From Lytechinus pictus (taxonomy: Eukaryota), in the NCBI RefSeq assembly GCF_037042905.1, contig NC_087245.1:38318001-38382000 (forward strand): 64,000 nt of DNA, written 5' to 3'. The notes beneath the pieces are model-generated. The model was not told where the DNA came from. It made no database searches and saw only the letters and a program-made list of their open reading frames with translations. A program made the translations under genes and the position numbers. Shown piece after piece: positions 55,701 through 64,000 of this stretch; positions within the stretch are counted from its first letter, which is position 1, and each line of letters opens with the position of its first letter.

Positions 55701-58700
55701 GGTTTTCATAATAGCAGAAAAATTTGATTTGAGAATTGTTCATTTGTAGTTTCACGCCCCAGCACTGCGCCACACTTTTTTTTTCTTCCTAACGCAAGGG
55801 CCCTGGTATAGTTTCCTTTTAGTTGGGACAAATCAAGAAGCATTATAATTCAGATGCCTAAACAGGTCCTAACACTCAAGTAACATTGATTGATTGAGGT
55901 TCAATGACACTACCAACACCATGCATCATATAATTAAAAATGGTAGGATTTGTTTTCTTAATGATATTTATGTGATCTATGGCTTGAATTACAAAGTAAA
56001 TGGAGTATAGAAAAAGGTTCACTATGAAATATTAATATAGATATTAATTCCACCCTCATCGAAAGAAGCGAATCAATATCTCAAATGATGAATAAACCAA
56101 CTTACCCAGAATTTGTTTATTCATAGGAGCTCCGTCGATACGGAAGTCGTAGAAGGAGAGCTCTAGTTTCTGCTTCTTTTTCTCTACCGACATGACCAGT
56201 GAGGGCTGAGAGAGGACAAGGAGTATGAAAGGCTCAAGAGCAGTGGGGTAGATTGGGGGGAGGAGAGACCGCTTGCTCTCCCCCTTAGAAGCTAGAGTTG
56301 GAAATAAAATAAAATTGAGATTTACCTTGGGGACAAAAGAGGACGATTTGGCTTTCATATGATCTAAAAGTATAAAAAGTTGCAAATTTTAAGTTCATAA
56401 AGAGAGACAAATTTTGATAAGTATAGATTTTGTACTATTTTAATATGATACCATTACTTAGGGTAGATCATTGTTCAACAAAGAGAAATTGTGTTTAAAA
56501 TGCAATTAAATACTTGCATTTACAAATGCACATCTCTACTTGTTCAAGCATATCAGTAGAGAATTTTCATGCATTTTCTTTTGTTCATTGATGAGAAACA
56601 AATAAATTAAAATAAGATTTTTTCCCCTAAATCAAACTATTTCCAACAGGAAAATATTTGTTCTGGAGTTATCTCTCTTTTGTTATATAGGATAACTACT
56701 AGTTTTATATCAACTATAACACTTGCAGTAAACAAAATTAAACTTCAAGTATGCATCAGAAGCTTACATATTTCTACATTCTGTGCCATATTACATTATA
56801 CAAATGCTTACAAAATATTACACCAGATAATACAGCAAGAGAGTAAGTAGAAATTAATAAGACAAGTCATTGCTTTCAAAAGTCACTCACAGGTTTTGGA
56901 TTTCAGCTCCCCTTTACTAGAGTACAGGAACAGTGTGACCTTTCTTCCTGTCATCAGAAAGTCGAAAGGGGTCACACCCTTCATCTTCGACTTTTTCTTG
57001 GGCTTCCCTTCTCCGGTCTCCATGGAAACGACCTTCGGATCATGCGCACCCGATGACCTTGGCGGGCTGGCGACGGTCTGGCGCGTGGCCTCGGCAAACT
57101 CCTTGGGAGGGGAGTGAGTGCCACAGTCGCTGCCGAGTCCGCTATCCTCCAGGGAGCTAGGTGGTTTGGTGGGGTCGGTGGGCTGTTGAGGATGGGGGCG
57201 GCCGTGGTCTGTGCTGCTGGTGGTGGTGGTTCTAAGATGAAGCAGGTGGCGGAGGTTTGAATCCAGGACCAGGTAGGCAAGGTGCACCTGTTCGGCGCTC
57301 ACGTAGAAGTTAAGATCGGTGGAAATGTGGAACTCCAAAGAGTGGCCGCAAACGATGACCTGTCAAACAGAGGATATTGAAAGACGAGAAAAACTAATAA
57401 TAATAATGATTATACTCACTTTTGTTGCACTTATTTACTTTATCAGAGATCTCTAAGCATAATAATAATAATAGGCATTTATATAGTGCCATCTATCTAG
57501 AAATATTCTATTCCGAGGCGCATGGTTATTATTATTACCCCGACTTCAGGAGAGCAACTGTTACATGTACACACTCTGCATTTCAATATTCTTCTACTTC
57601 CTCTCTTTGGCATAATAATTCAACTAACAGAAAATGTCATTAAACTATGTCTTTACTATTGTTGAATACATGATATCTCTAAACAAATAGGATAGCTATC
57701 TTTGTGTTTTACGCACTATTTCTAAGTGTACTTAGTAACTAGTTAAAGTAAAAGAGACACAAAATGAGTAAACATCTTAGACTTTCATCATTAAAAGTTT
57801 GTGCTTACTTTTTGCTTTCCCTTGTCAACTTTCGTCTTTTCCATGACAATAGACGGTGCGGCTACTAGATGAAGGTCAAACTCTTGGATGACCGTCATCA
57901 ATTTGACCTCCTCTGGGTCTTGCCTATAAAACAACCATTAGAAAGAAAAGAATGTGTGTGTGCTGGTGACAAGAGCTTATGTCTAATCAAAACACATTAT
58001 CACAGCTTATTTCTTGAAACCTGGACAGGGGTATATATATATATCCAATATTGGGTTTATAAAAAAAAGGCATACACTTAACAAAACTATTTACACCCTA
58101 TGAAAATTGTATTATATATTGTAATACATTTGGTATTTTTCTCACTAGTGATTAGAAGTGTTGTGAACCTTGTCCTCAGGATGGTTATATCCGGCCCCGC
58201 CTTACAAAGAGTTGCAATTATTTTGATCAATTACAACTATGGAAAGCCAGCAACATCAACATCTAAAATACATGTTTGTTGAAAATGTTTTCTAGATATG
58301 ATTTGTTGTTTTCTTGACAATTCAGTATGCTCCTCTTCGTTTACTTAAGGACATAGTGCAAATTTCATGTTAAAAAAATTACCACATTGATGGATTTCCA
58401 TATTGTCGAGGTTGATAGGATCAAACTCAACCATTCGTAAGATGGGACCCAGTGCTCCCCTGTAAATTTATGATGGTGAACTGAATAAATTAAAATCCCT
58501 TTGGTCAATCCCATCAATGCTTTGCTGACAATGTACCAATGATGAAAGCATTCCATAGGCATGAAAAGCATTCCATAGGCATGTCATAAATTCAGAACTA
58601 ATAATGAAAAAAACTCACGTAGGTAGTGAGAGATTCCACTCCAATGCAGGGTTCTGAGTCTTGCTCCTGGTGACCCCTGACGTGACCTTCATCCTGACCT

Positions 58701-61700
58701 GCTCGGATGACCTCATGACCTGCTCCCATGATGCAACATTCAAACTGATACCGTTCACGTCCAGCTGGTACTGCCTATCCTCCACCTCTGATCCTGGCTG
58801 CTGGGTGATGCCAGCTACTGTTGCTTTCCTGCAGATAGGGATGAAATCATTTCGAGGTAGAATTATTTCATTTCATTTCATTTATTTCCATTTCCAACAT
58901 TTACAACATTTTGTTCCATACATCTAATCTTGATACATATATAGGCAATAAAACAAGGAAAATTTATATGTGCAATATAATTACGATAACCAAACAAACA
59001 GGTTGGAACAATCAACAACACTTCTTTTTAATATTTTCCAACTTTCCAGACCAGGAAAAATTTCAATCTCTTTACACAGCTATGAAGATTGGTTCATCTG
59101 CCATGTGACCACCGACTGTTCTACTAATGGTTGGCTAAATTCAATCTTGAATTCATATTAAAAAAAAAACGTTAGACAAGAAATTCATTAAAAACACAAT
59201 TTGAAGTTTTTTGATAAAATATATTTTTCCAAAATTACCTGATGCCAATGAACGATGACAAACAATATGCTCTGAATATACTCCCTAATCAAGGAGCAAC
59301 CCTTATAAGCAGAACGAAATACTTAGAATTGTTAAGCACTCTGCTCACCTGTATGTGTCTTGCTTTACTACTAAGCGCTGGAGAGGGTTATCTGCATACG
59401 GTACTAAGGAGATTTGTGAGATCTGGAAGAGGAAAAGGTCTTGGTCTACTCCTTTCATTAGTCCAGGTCCACCCTGATCATTCAGAGGGCCAGCAGGAAT
59501 GAAGGACCTGATCTGCTTGCAGTCAAGGTAGAGTAGTGGAAGTTTGGAGCTCGTTAGCCAGTCAGAGATACCTGAAGAAGGTTTACTGGACTTCAAGGAT
59601 CGGACGGACATTCGAGACTTGGTGGATCGATGAGAGATACTCTGCCAGGACATTGCATCTGAAGCAGCACTTTCTTCAATCTTAGCCTCAGGGATGGTAT
59701 ATATCTTGAAGTCAGTCTTCTTCCATGGAGCATGCACAGAGTCAGGTTTGCTGATGCCCTCTACAGCTAGTCCTGACATTAGTACGTCCAAAGTTGATGC
59801 TATAATGGGGCACCAGATGATCAAATCAAATGCCTGCGATGATATGATCACCTCGTTCACAAAGTGTTTCTGCTTTGAGGACTCCTCGCCTATTTTAGAT
59901 CCATCTCCCTGCTTCTCAGTCTTCCCACCAGACATCTTCTGCGCTAATGATGTCCCGAGAGCAGAGGTCCATGTCAAGGAAATGAAGGCGTGCGTCTGTT
60001 TGGTTTCGGCCGCTTTGCTGGAGTGCAGCGAGAAAGGATTGGCTGTTTGCGAGTTGGTGCGGAGGCGTTTGAAGGGAGGAGACATCTCTATGTTGTGCGA
60101 CATGGTATCTGTGCAGGACAGGAGAACACCTTTGAATGGTCCGGGTGTCCAAGTCTTCGTACTGAAAGAGAATAATGTAAGGTGAACACATAATGGACAG
60201 AGAGAACCAGAACTCCAGAATGTATAACAATTTACCTCAGATTATACCTAACATGATTACCTGGCATAATATAACACTGTGTTGGCTCAGCTGGTAGAGT
60301 GTCCGTCTCACATCTGGGAGGTCAGGAGTTCAAGCCTTGGCCGCGTCAGTCCAAAAGACGATAAAAGATGGGAGTTGCTGCCATCCCATTAGACGTTCTT
60401 TCAAAGTGATCTGGCACTGCACATTGGCTGCCAGGCCCACGATCAATTGGGCAAAATGAATTTTCAGAGTACTTCTATTTCAAATTCTAATTTTGAACAT
60501 TAAAATATCGATTTTTCCCTCCCCCATTTCTCATGCAACATTAACAGGATTTAGGAGACACTTCTCTACTATGTATATACTGTTAGCACTTAATCATAAT
60601 TTAGTAATGGAAGATAATCCAGGCCTTGTCTTACAAAGAGTTTTGATTGATCAAATCAAGTACAACTATGGAAAGCCAGCAACGTCAACATATAAAATGC
60701 ATGTTGGTTCAAATTGTTTCTACATATGATGTACATTTATACATTCATATTCCTCTTGACAATTCAGTATGATCCTCTATGTTTACAGAAGATTATTGTG
60801 CAAATTATCTTGTTAGAAAGTTATGACATTGATGGATTTCTATGTAATTGAGGAGAATCGGATAATTCCACAACTCTTTGTAAGACGGGACCCAGATATT
60901 AGAATGCCTCTGGCCACCATCTACAGTGGGCAGAAGCATAGTTGTGCTCCAAAGTTAGTGAACCCTTCACAAAATGCAAGTCTTTGTACCGAGTTTTGAA
61001 TGTAGACAACAACACTACAATGATCGGCGAGCCCAGAAAGAAAAACTTGAAAATCAAGTGATATTTTATCACCTGACTTCACAATCAAATATCTAAAACA
61101 TGGCAGAAATTGAAAACTTAAAAATACGTTCATTTTCTGGTGGGGTTCAATAAATTTTGAGCACCACTGTAAATGCAGTTTTCTTCATCTTACCTTTTTA
61201 CAAAGTGATGAATGTTTAGAGCACCAACTTTGCAGGTAACCTTGGAGTAGACATCCTGAAGGTCAATGCTTGTTGTCAGGTCCTCCATGTCGGCACATAG
61301 CTTTACTACAAACATTTGAATATGATAAAAATCTAATGATAACATCTTTATTCAAAATCATTCAACAAGGAATGAATGAAAATCAGTATTAATCTGAAAT
61401 TCCTGAAAAGTAAAGGTGATGGGTAAAGTTTTCCAAGAAGGTGGTTCTTACAAGGAATTCTCAATCATCAGGAATTGGTTAGAATCCTATCCCAAGTGTC
61501 TTCAGCAAGACTTTATCCATATTGTGCTACACTTGACCGATCAAGTAAAGGCAAATGGGGACTTATGTTGAGCACTCAGATACTTCTACTAAGTAAACAA
61601 TTCTAAGTATTATAATTATCAAATGGTATATCATCTAAATTAAACTGTTATAAAAAGGATATTACATAAAAAAATGTTGTATAAAAGGAAGTTTGAATTA

Positions 61701-63906
61701 TATTTAGCAAGCTATTTAAATCAAATCTGATAAAATAACCATTCTGATCTTGGCCAGCAGCCATCTTGTTCTTTCCATAGACTATGGCTGAGAGTTTATG
61801 CAGGGTCCATTGCACCCACAAAGAGAGCTTGACACCGCCTAGAGTTGGCCTTGACCCTGTCCCACTCCCCTGGGTGGAGGGCGGCGCCTCGCTAGGCATG
61901 GACACACTCTGCACTTCCACGGTGCTCTCCGCTTGACCTGATGAAGCCTGGCTGCTGGTTGTAGTACTGGGTGCTAGGTGAGGCAAGGACTTAGAAGGTG
62001 ATGAGGGAGTTGTCTGGGCGGAGCTCCAACCGCGCTTTGGACTTGTAGGAAGGGCAGATGAAGGAGCTGAAGATCCAATGTTTGAGAAGTCAAAAGCCTG
62101 GACGAGGTCTTCTTTAAGACCAAGGACAACTTGTAGGAGTTGGTGGATTAGGATGACCTGTACAAAGATAAAATCACACTCTTTGTTATCAAATCATCCA
62201 AAATTGTGCAGCATGAGTTGTTATTCATACAAAGAAAAAATGATAAGATATCCTAGCTGTCTTACAGCACCTACACTTGGTAACCAGTTCAGTTTTGATT
62301 CCAATTTAAGATTTGGTTCTAATTTATTTACCTGAGCATCTGAGCACTTGACGATGACTGCAGGCATATCTGTGTGTATACCCAGGCCAAGGCCGGGTGC
62401 CTCCCCTGTTTCAGAGGGAGTGTGCTTGTTGGCTGTAAGGGCCAGAGTTGTGGAGATTGCCATTGGCTTTAGGAGGTAGTACACCCTCTGGCAATCATGG
62501 ATGGAGTAGATGGAAAAGTCTCTTGCCTTGATGGTCCAAGGAAACTTCTCACCTGAAATTCAGTGAAATAAAGAGTTAATTGATCTCTCAAAAGGGGAAG
62601 TTCACCCAAACCTGATGTAAAATGAGAAAGTCATAACATTTTAAAGTTTTTTCTTTAATTTTATAAAAAACGTATATGCACAACTTTGTCAGCATGCAAA
62701 TGAGGGGACTAATGATGTCACCCACTCACTGCGTATTTCTTATTTCATTATAAGAAATATAAAATTATAAATCATACAGTAAAATTTCAATTTCTCTTTA
62801 TTATGAGAAACAATGTTTTATTTCTCCCTGAACAAGTGAAATTGCAAATTTTATAACCTATCGTGATTTGCTTAAGTGTCTCCTTAATATCAAATCTGCA
62901 AACATAAAAATATTGTATAATTCATACAATAAAAAGAATTGTTACATGGAACAGGTATCTGAGCTGTTCATAAAAAACATAAGAAGAGGACAGAGATAGA
63001 GATGACAAACAACAAAGAAGAAAAAGTAAAAATAAAAGAAGGTAAAAAGAAGACCAAAATGAGAAGATAAGGATGACGACAATGAGGATGGTGAAGACGA
63101 GGATGAAGACAAAGAAAACAGAGATAGATATATAATTTCTTTTTTAAATAGAACAAAAGGCAAACCTGGATCTTGGGGTAGGTCCATTCTGCTGAGAGGA
63201 ATGTCTTGATCGGCGTCAACGGCTTTATGACCCGAGCTGTGAACAGAAAGGGCTGGTACGCACACCACTAACACTGAAGGAGGTGAGTCTGACCCTTGAC
63301 CTCCAGGGGTCATGAGGTCACAGAGGCACTGAGTGATGGAGGTGTCTGGTGATGGGAAGGCGAGATGCTTCGTCGGCCAGGCAACGATACACGGTGAAAC
63401 ATCCACCTGAGGTCAGAGAAGGTCAAAGTGTATCAACGCTTGAAAATAACATTGACAGAGATGCACTTTAAAGTCAAAATGACAGAGGTCTTTTAAAAAA
63501 ACAAGTAGGCAATTCTCACCTGGTGGGTGTTTCATAAGTAAAGAGCGATTTTAAGAACAACTGGTGACGCTTTCTTGTGGTAAGTGATATATTCATTGAC
63601 AATGGTTTAGCGCGTAAGAAAGGTTCACCAGTCATTCTTAAAGTCGCTCTTAACTTACAAATAACTTTATGAAATGGCCCCCTGTTTCAGGCATTTCAAC
63701 ATAGCAGGAGTGTTGATTTTAAATTTTAAAAATACAAACCTGAATGATTAGCTCTTTCAGCTTCCCTATAGATTCATGAAATCGGTTGACTTGGCTGCTA
63801 CCTTTAGCCTTTGTGACATCATCACTTTCCATGACAGCAGTGGCTGTCTGGGACTTCTGCCTGCTGAACTTACCGCCACTTTTGGGGCCCTTGTAGGTCT
63901 CAGTTC
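18786..63906 (-). CDS. VPS13B: VPS13B (COH1) bridge-like lipid transfer protein, 3' 41 coding exons; 5' part outside window
   Basis: Hand-spliced phase-consistent frame of ~3,110 codons. Contains motifs matching recalled human VPS13B: EDLTTSIDLQDVYSKV, QNPALEWN, VCGHSLE, DDLRTG, WTYPEPR, LRFGQVHTDE, VFSPLF..SHLP, HYTSGALFKAGWAIGSLD, LPYEGLTRGPSAFV, GTLTSITKFASSMSRNLDRLSLD, GAIAGLADQP, GVGKGLVGAVVKPLGGAAELVAQTG. Confidence 0.96.
19276..19525 (-). CDS. VPS13B: VPS13B exon (C-terminal PH-like region)
   Basis: KMLKTLPTSEILYHVD...LLLTPEVLYVVSSSED...HKEK|gtgaat. Confidence 0.9.
20199..20301 (-). CDS. VPS13B: VPS13B exon
   Basis: GILHGTGLAEKL...RLKYE(W)|gtaag. Confidence 0.9.
20854..21039 (-). CDS. 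VPS13B: VPS13B exon (ATG2_C-like)
   Basis: GAIAGLADQP...GVGKGLVGAVVKPLGGAAELVAQTGQ. Confidence 0.93.
21683..21853 (-). CDS. VPS13B: VPS13B exon
   Basis: GTLTSITKFASSMSRNLDRLSLDADH...GLSSFGISLL. Confidence 0.93.
22326..22502 (-). CDS. VPS13B: VPS13B exon
   Basis: GWAIGSLDLIGNPAG...LPYEGLTRGPSAFVAG...RHLSA. Confidence 0.93.
22975..23222 (-). CDS. VPS13B: VPS13B exon
   Basis: SGPPLMV...ASIHATLKMFISLDQT...HYTSGALFKA|gtgagt. Confidence 0.92.
23243..23523 (-). mobile_element. tRNA-derived SINE (family 1)
   Basis: Same head, body and tail as 1550-1820. Confidence 0.85.
24112..24461 (-). CDS. VPS13B: VPS13B exon
   Basis: IDNQSQDGGGYDFPVV...YIEDQF...PSA|gtgggt. Confidence 0.9.
24879..25511. mobile_element. 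piggyBac-like non-autonomous element
   Basis: ttaa|ccctatt..agactggg ... cccagtctatttaggg|ttaa. Confidence 0.75.
25557..25712 (-). CDS. VPS13B: VPS13B exon
   Basis: VMNDQTPGLEVKEVLRVT...VAEIQ|gtcagt. Confidence 0.88.
25976..26412 (-). CDS. VPS13B: VPS13B exon
   Basis: EALEIEEEF...QWSEAVDI...GIVVK|gtaagt. Confidence 0.88.
26842..27031 (-). CDS. VPS13B: VPS13B exon
   Basis: ITKPSK...DLDPSPKVLVINRCPFPV...KVE|gtaagg. Confidence 0.88.
28248..28478 (-). CDS. VPS13B: VPS13B exon
   Basis: IVIQANTIQ...DEWSAWFKVDSDFPRVPLTLP|gtaagc; 77 codons, a different frame from the ORF-track call. Confidence 0.85.
29760..29894 (-). CDS. VPS13B: VPS13B exon
   Basis: VVHVVMQSTVKHQIRILTIRPRFVFRNNS...SEEK|gtgaga. 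Confidence 0.9.
30065..30277 (-). mobile_element. tRNA-derived SINE (family 1), diverged
   Basis: ccattcacctcaccatggttgagtgcagcacaatgtgg...cactagaccatga. Confidence 0.75.
30328..30513 (-). CDS. VPS13B: VPS13B exon
   Basis: ANLSLSLSHEG...HLGTQK|gtgatc. Confidence 0.85.
31365..31617 (-). CDS. VPS13B: VPS13B exon
   Basis: SKLHASSLQG...NTIRVEIMPCFWVVNET...KFK|gtgagt. Confidence 0.87.
32428..32598 (-). CDS. VPS13B: VPS13B exon
   Basis: ESVAASSSS...KFWPYNHPDYS|gtaaat. Confidence 0.82.
33499..33800. mobile_element. MITE family F
   Basis: TIR ggcccgtattctgaagtcaggtttaa; copies near 9088-10903 (split), 17180, 39440, 45960, 54141. Confidence 0.82.
33837..35721. mobile_element. hAT-like non-autonomous element (about 50-bp TIRs) enclosing the LINE
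   Basis: cagtggcggaccgtgacccggaggagacaaagcattgg ... ccaatgctttgtctcctccgggccacggtccgctactg; perfect 8-bp TSD gcaacact. Confidence 0.87.
33905..35670 (-). mobile_element. 5'-truncated LINE (CR1/L2-group) with intact C-terminal RT ORF, 3' UTR and (TTTGAA)n tail
   Basis: ORF 34782-35687: LFADDSNLF, KFLGIIVDNKLSW, LYSSLILPYLNYGILAWG, GPKLWNSL; AATAAA plus tandem tail at 33905-33950. Confidence 0.92.
35805..35983 (-). CDS. VPS13B: VPS13B exon
   Basis: VVFSPLFTLQSHLPFPV...YSLTLTSV|gtaggt. Confidence 0.9.
36028..36457 (-). pseudogene. Degenerate copy of the 3' half and donor of VPS13B exon 37915-38187, split by a SINE
   Basis: 36028-36101 and 36387-36457 align collinearly with 37901-38040. Confidence 0.85.
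36102..36386 (+). mobile_element. tRNA-derived SINE (family 1 body, variant head and tail)
   Basis: tRNA-like head, shared body, (ATT)n tail; interrupts the pseudo-exon at aat. Confidence 0.87.
36843..36923 (-). CDS. VPS13B: VPS13B exon
   Basis: VPCADGRRFYFWCQIFTETHDGNTQRL|gtatgt. Confidence 0.88.
37561..37778. mobile_element. MITE
   Basis: ggggtgttgcaagaaa ... tttcttgcaacacccc. Confidence 0.78.
37915..38187 (-). CDS. VPS13B: VPS13B exon
   Basis: IIITGTQTFSNQL...DWSEQFAL...MVVK|gtaaca. Confidence 0.88.
38920..39081 (-). CDS. VPS13B: VPS13B exon
   Basis: ELHVCMENWRNFRWSEPFSID...VQRQ|gtaagc. Confidence 0.92.
39756..39920 (-). CDS. VPS13B: VPS13B exon
   Basis: NLEPEAE...HYLICNSTNQALRFGQVHTDE...YSWRTHKKEKQ|gtgaga. 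Confidence 0.92.
40663..40866 (-). CDS. VPS13B: VPS13B exon
   Basis: GTSGLEIDLLNYHNLT...GQGTVHTLSKVAQAWKQ|gtaagc. Confidence 0.9.
42382..42518 (-). CDS. VPS13B: VPS13B exon
   Basis: GIPEYLKGFTPDESTPRSHEFMV...RTRIC|gtgagt. Confidence 0.87.
43146..43330 (-). CDS. VPS13B: VPS13B exon
   Basis: LDMQDP...PMALAASMRFDTVFAP...HLGQLGK|gtagca. Confidence 0.9.
43525..44212. repeat. (CAC/CAT)n compound microsatellite
   Basis: Directly visible; abuts the donor at 44218-44219. Confidence 0.95.
44220..44401 (-). CDS. VPS13B: VPS13B exon
   Basis: IPCILQAFNSQRQSF...FFVSE...WRVVLNTNVD|gtatga. Confidence 0.9.
44821..45401. mobile_element. Non-autonomous DNA transposon with poly-G/poly-C TIRs
   Basis: g-run+gcatttccattgacgagtggatacc ... 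ggtatccactcatcaatgtaaatgc+c-run; flanking 8-bp aatggcag. Confidence 0.78.
46297..46478 (-). CDS. VPS13B: VPS13B exon whose acceptor and 5' end form the minisatellite unit
   Basis: atcctccag|(G)HTEDEIPLPNQIYFTPPSQEGGHWGTMVWTYPEPRMDVGLTITPVP...RTSK|gtatta. Confidence 0.9.
46424..49519. repeat. Intronic minisatellite, 83-bp unit (80-bp variant), ~37 copies
   Basis: Unit (+): gagggtggggtgaagtagatctgattggggaggggtatctcatcttcggtatgtcctggaggatggataagagaatatgatat; period 46481->46564 = 83. Confidence 0.97.
50490..50706 (-). CDS. VPS13B: VPS13B exon (acidic tract)
   Basis: KFKFKIHP...SEDEEDYDVSDDDGEENWEDVEEDDEE...KDDLRTGAFEYFTE|gtaaaa. Confidence 0.9.
51334..51647 (-). CDS. VPS13B: VPS13B exon
   Basis: EELFQADSAV...LKTSLQ...PLLGP...ISFGQENLNCL...PAK|gtcaga. 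Confidence 0.9.
51636..52140. repeat. Degenerate ~175-bp tandem triplication covering a VPS13B acceptor
   Basis: ggaagagctc(c/a)tctaaatgacaatatac at 51636 and 51809; third copy aatgacaatatac near 51990; caaaagttaa...accat shared by all three. Confidence 0.75.
52288..52515 (-). CDS. VPS13B: VPS13B exon
   Basis: GQQTSQREK...VTSQMVVVIATTPDPDFPH...NQKT|gtaaaa; in-frame alternative acceptor at 52533. Confidence 0.82.
53351..53548 (-). CDS. VPS13B: VPS13B exon
   Basis: AVIKMEIARPLKVNFSLTKV...ISLP|gtatga. Confidence 0.9.
53843..54116 (+). mobile_element. tRNA-derived SINE (family 1)
   Basis: ggggcgtcgtggtctagtgg head, shared body, (ATT)n tail. Confidence 0.87.
55134..55268 (-). CDS. VPS13B: VPS13B exon
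   Basis: DHSVPQAMDYPIPWFQTCQGVADPKTGV...QSA|gtaagt. Confidence 0.9.
56106..56291 (-). CDS. VPS13B: VPS13B exon
   Basis: SKGESK...LEPFILLVLSQPSLV...KLELSFYD...QIL|gtaagt. Confidence 0.9.
56891..57359 (-). CDS. VPS13B: VPS13B exon
   Basis: VIVCGHSLEFHISTDL...EDSGLGSD...PFDFLMTGRKVTLFLYS|gtgagt. Confidence 0.92.
57809..57923 (-). CDS. VPS13B: VPS13B exon
   Basis: QDPEEVKLMTVIQEFDLHLVAAPSIV...KQK|gtaagc. Confidence 0.87.
58619..58828 (-). CDS. VPS13B: VPS13B exon
   Basis: KATVAGITQQPGSEVEDRQYQLD...QNPALEWNLSLP|gtgagt. Confidence 0.93.
59349..60161 (-). CDS. VPS13B: VPS13B exon (largest, 813 nt)
   Basis: TKTWTPGPFKGVLLSC...FISLTWT...LPLLYLD...PYADNPLQR...DTY|gtgagc. Confidence 0.93.
60279..60455 (+). 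mobile_element. tRNA-derived SINE (family 3; possibly Meta-domain-like)
   Basis: tggctcagctggtagagtg...ggagttcaagcc followed by ccaaaagacgataaaagatgggagttgctgcc. Confidence 0.65.
60923..61169. mobile_element. Tc1/mariner-type MITE
   Basis: ta|cagtgg ... ccactg|ta; related fragment near 22556. Confidence 0.7.
61194..61305 (-). CDS. VPS13B: VPS13B exon
   Basis: KLCADMEDLTTSIDLQDVYSKVTCKVGALNIHHFVK|gtaaga. Confidence 0.92.
61740..62157 (-). CDS. VPS13B: VPS13B exon
   Basis: VILIHQLLQ...GSGTGSRPTLGGVKLSLWVQWTL...DQN|gttatt (weak donor). Confidence 0.85.
62332..62552 (-). CDS. VPS13B: VPS13B exon
   Basis: EKFPWTIKARDFSIYS...LLKPM.ISTTLAL...GIHTDM...CSDAQ|gtaaat. Confidence 0.9.
63166..63406 (-). 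CDS. VPS13B: VPS13B exon
   Basis: VDVSPCIVAWP...VHSSGHK...QDIPL...QDP|gtttgc. Confidence 0.87.
63740..63906 (-). CDS. VPS13B: VPS13B exon
   Basis: ttgcag|GTETYKGPK...KLKELIIQ|gtttgt. Confidence 0.8.
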
Positions 63907-64000
63907 CTGCAATTTGTAACAACAATTGATACAGGAAATATTTATTGAAGAGACGGTACAATTTACAAACCTCCTTGAAAGGAATTGTGAGTTTATCTGT

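Noticed and set aside
59694..60185. 163-aa plus-strand ORF (and similar antisense ORFs)
   Set aside because: Antisense shadow of VPS13B exons with no recognisable homology.

Overview
Eukaryotic (metazoan) genomic DNA: AT-rich, intron-rich and dense in transposable elements. The repeat families resemble echinoderm/sea-urchin DNA, but that is inference only. There are two convergent spliced genes. On the + strand are four internal exons (1960-6588) of an AIG1/ADTRP-family (FAR-17a) membrane hydrolase; its first and last exons were not located. On the - strand are the 3' 41 coding exons of VPS13B (63906 down to stop at 18786, about 3,110 codons). I traced these by hand and all GT-AG junctions were phase-consistent; the gene's 5' part lies beyond the window. 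The most unusual feature is a 3.1-kb, 83-bp-unit minisatellite (46424-49519) made of a real VPS13B splice acceptor plus the first ~55 nt of its exon. It puts ~36 decoy acceptors in front of the only productive one. Other observations are a second, older acceptor triplication, a SINE-split pseudo-exon copy, a hAT-type MITE enclosing an intact LINE RT fragment, three-tier TE nests and a modular SINE family with swapped heads and tails. I found no prokaryotic-type system (CRISPR, operons) and no true tRNA or rRNA gene.
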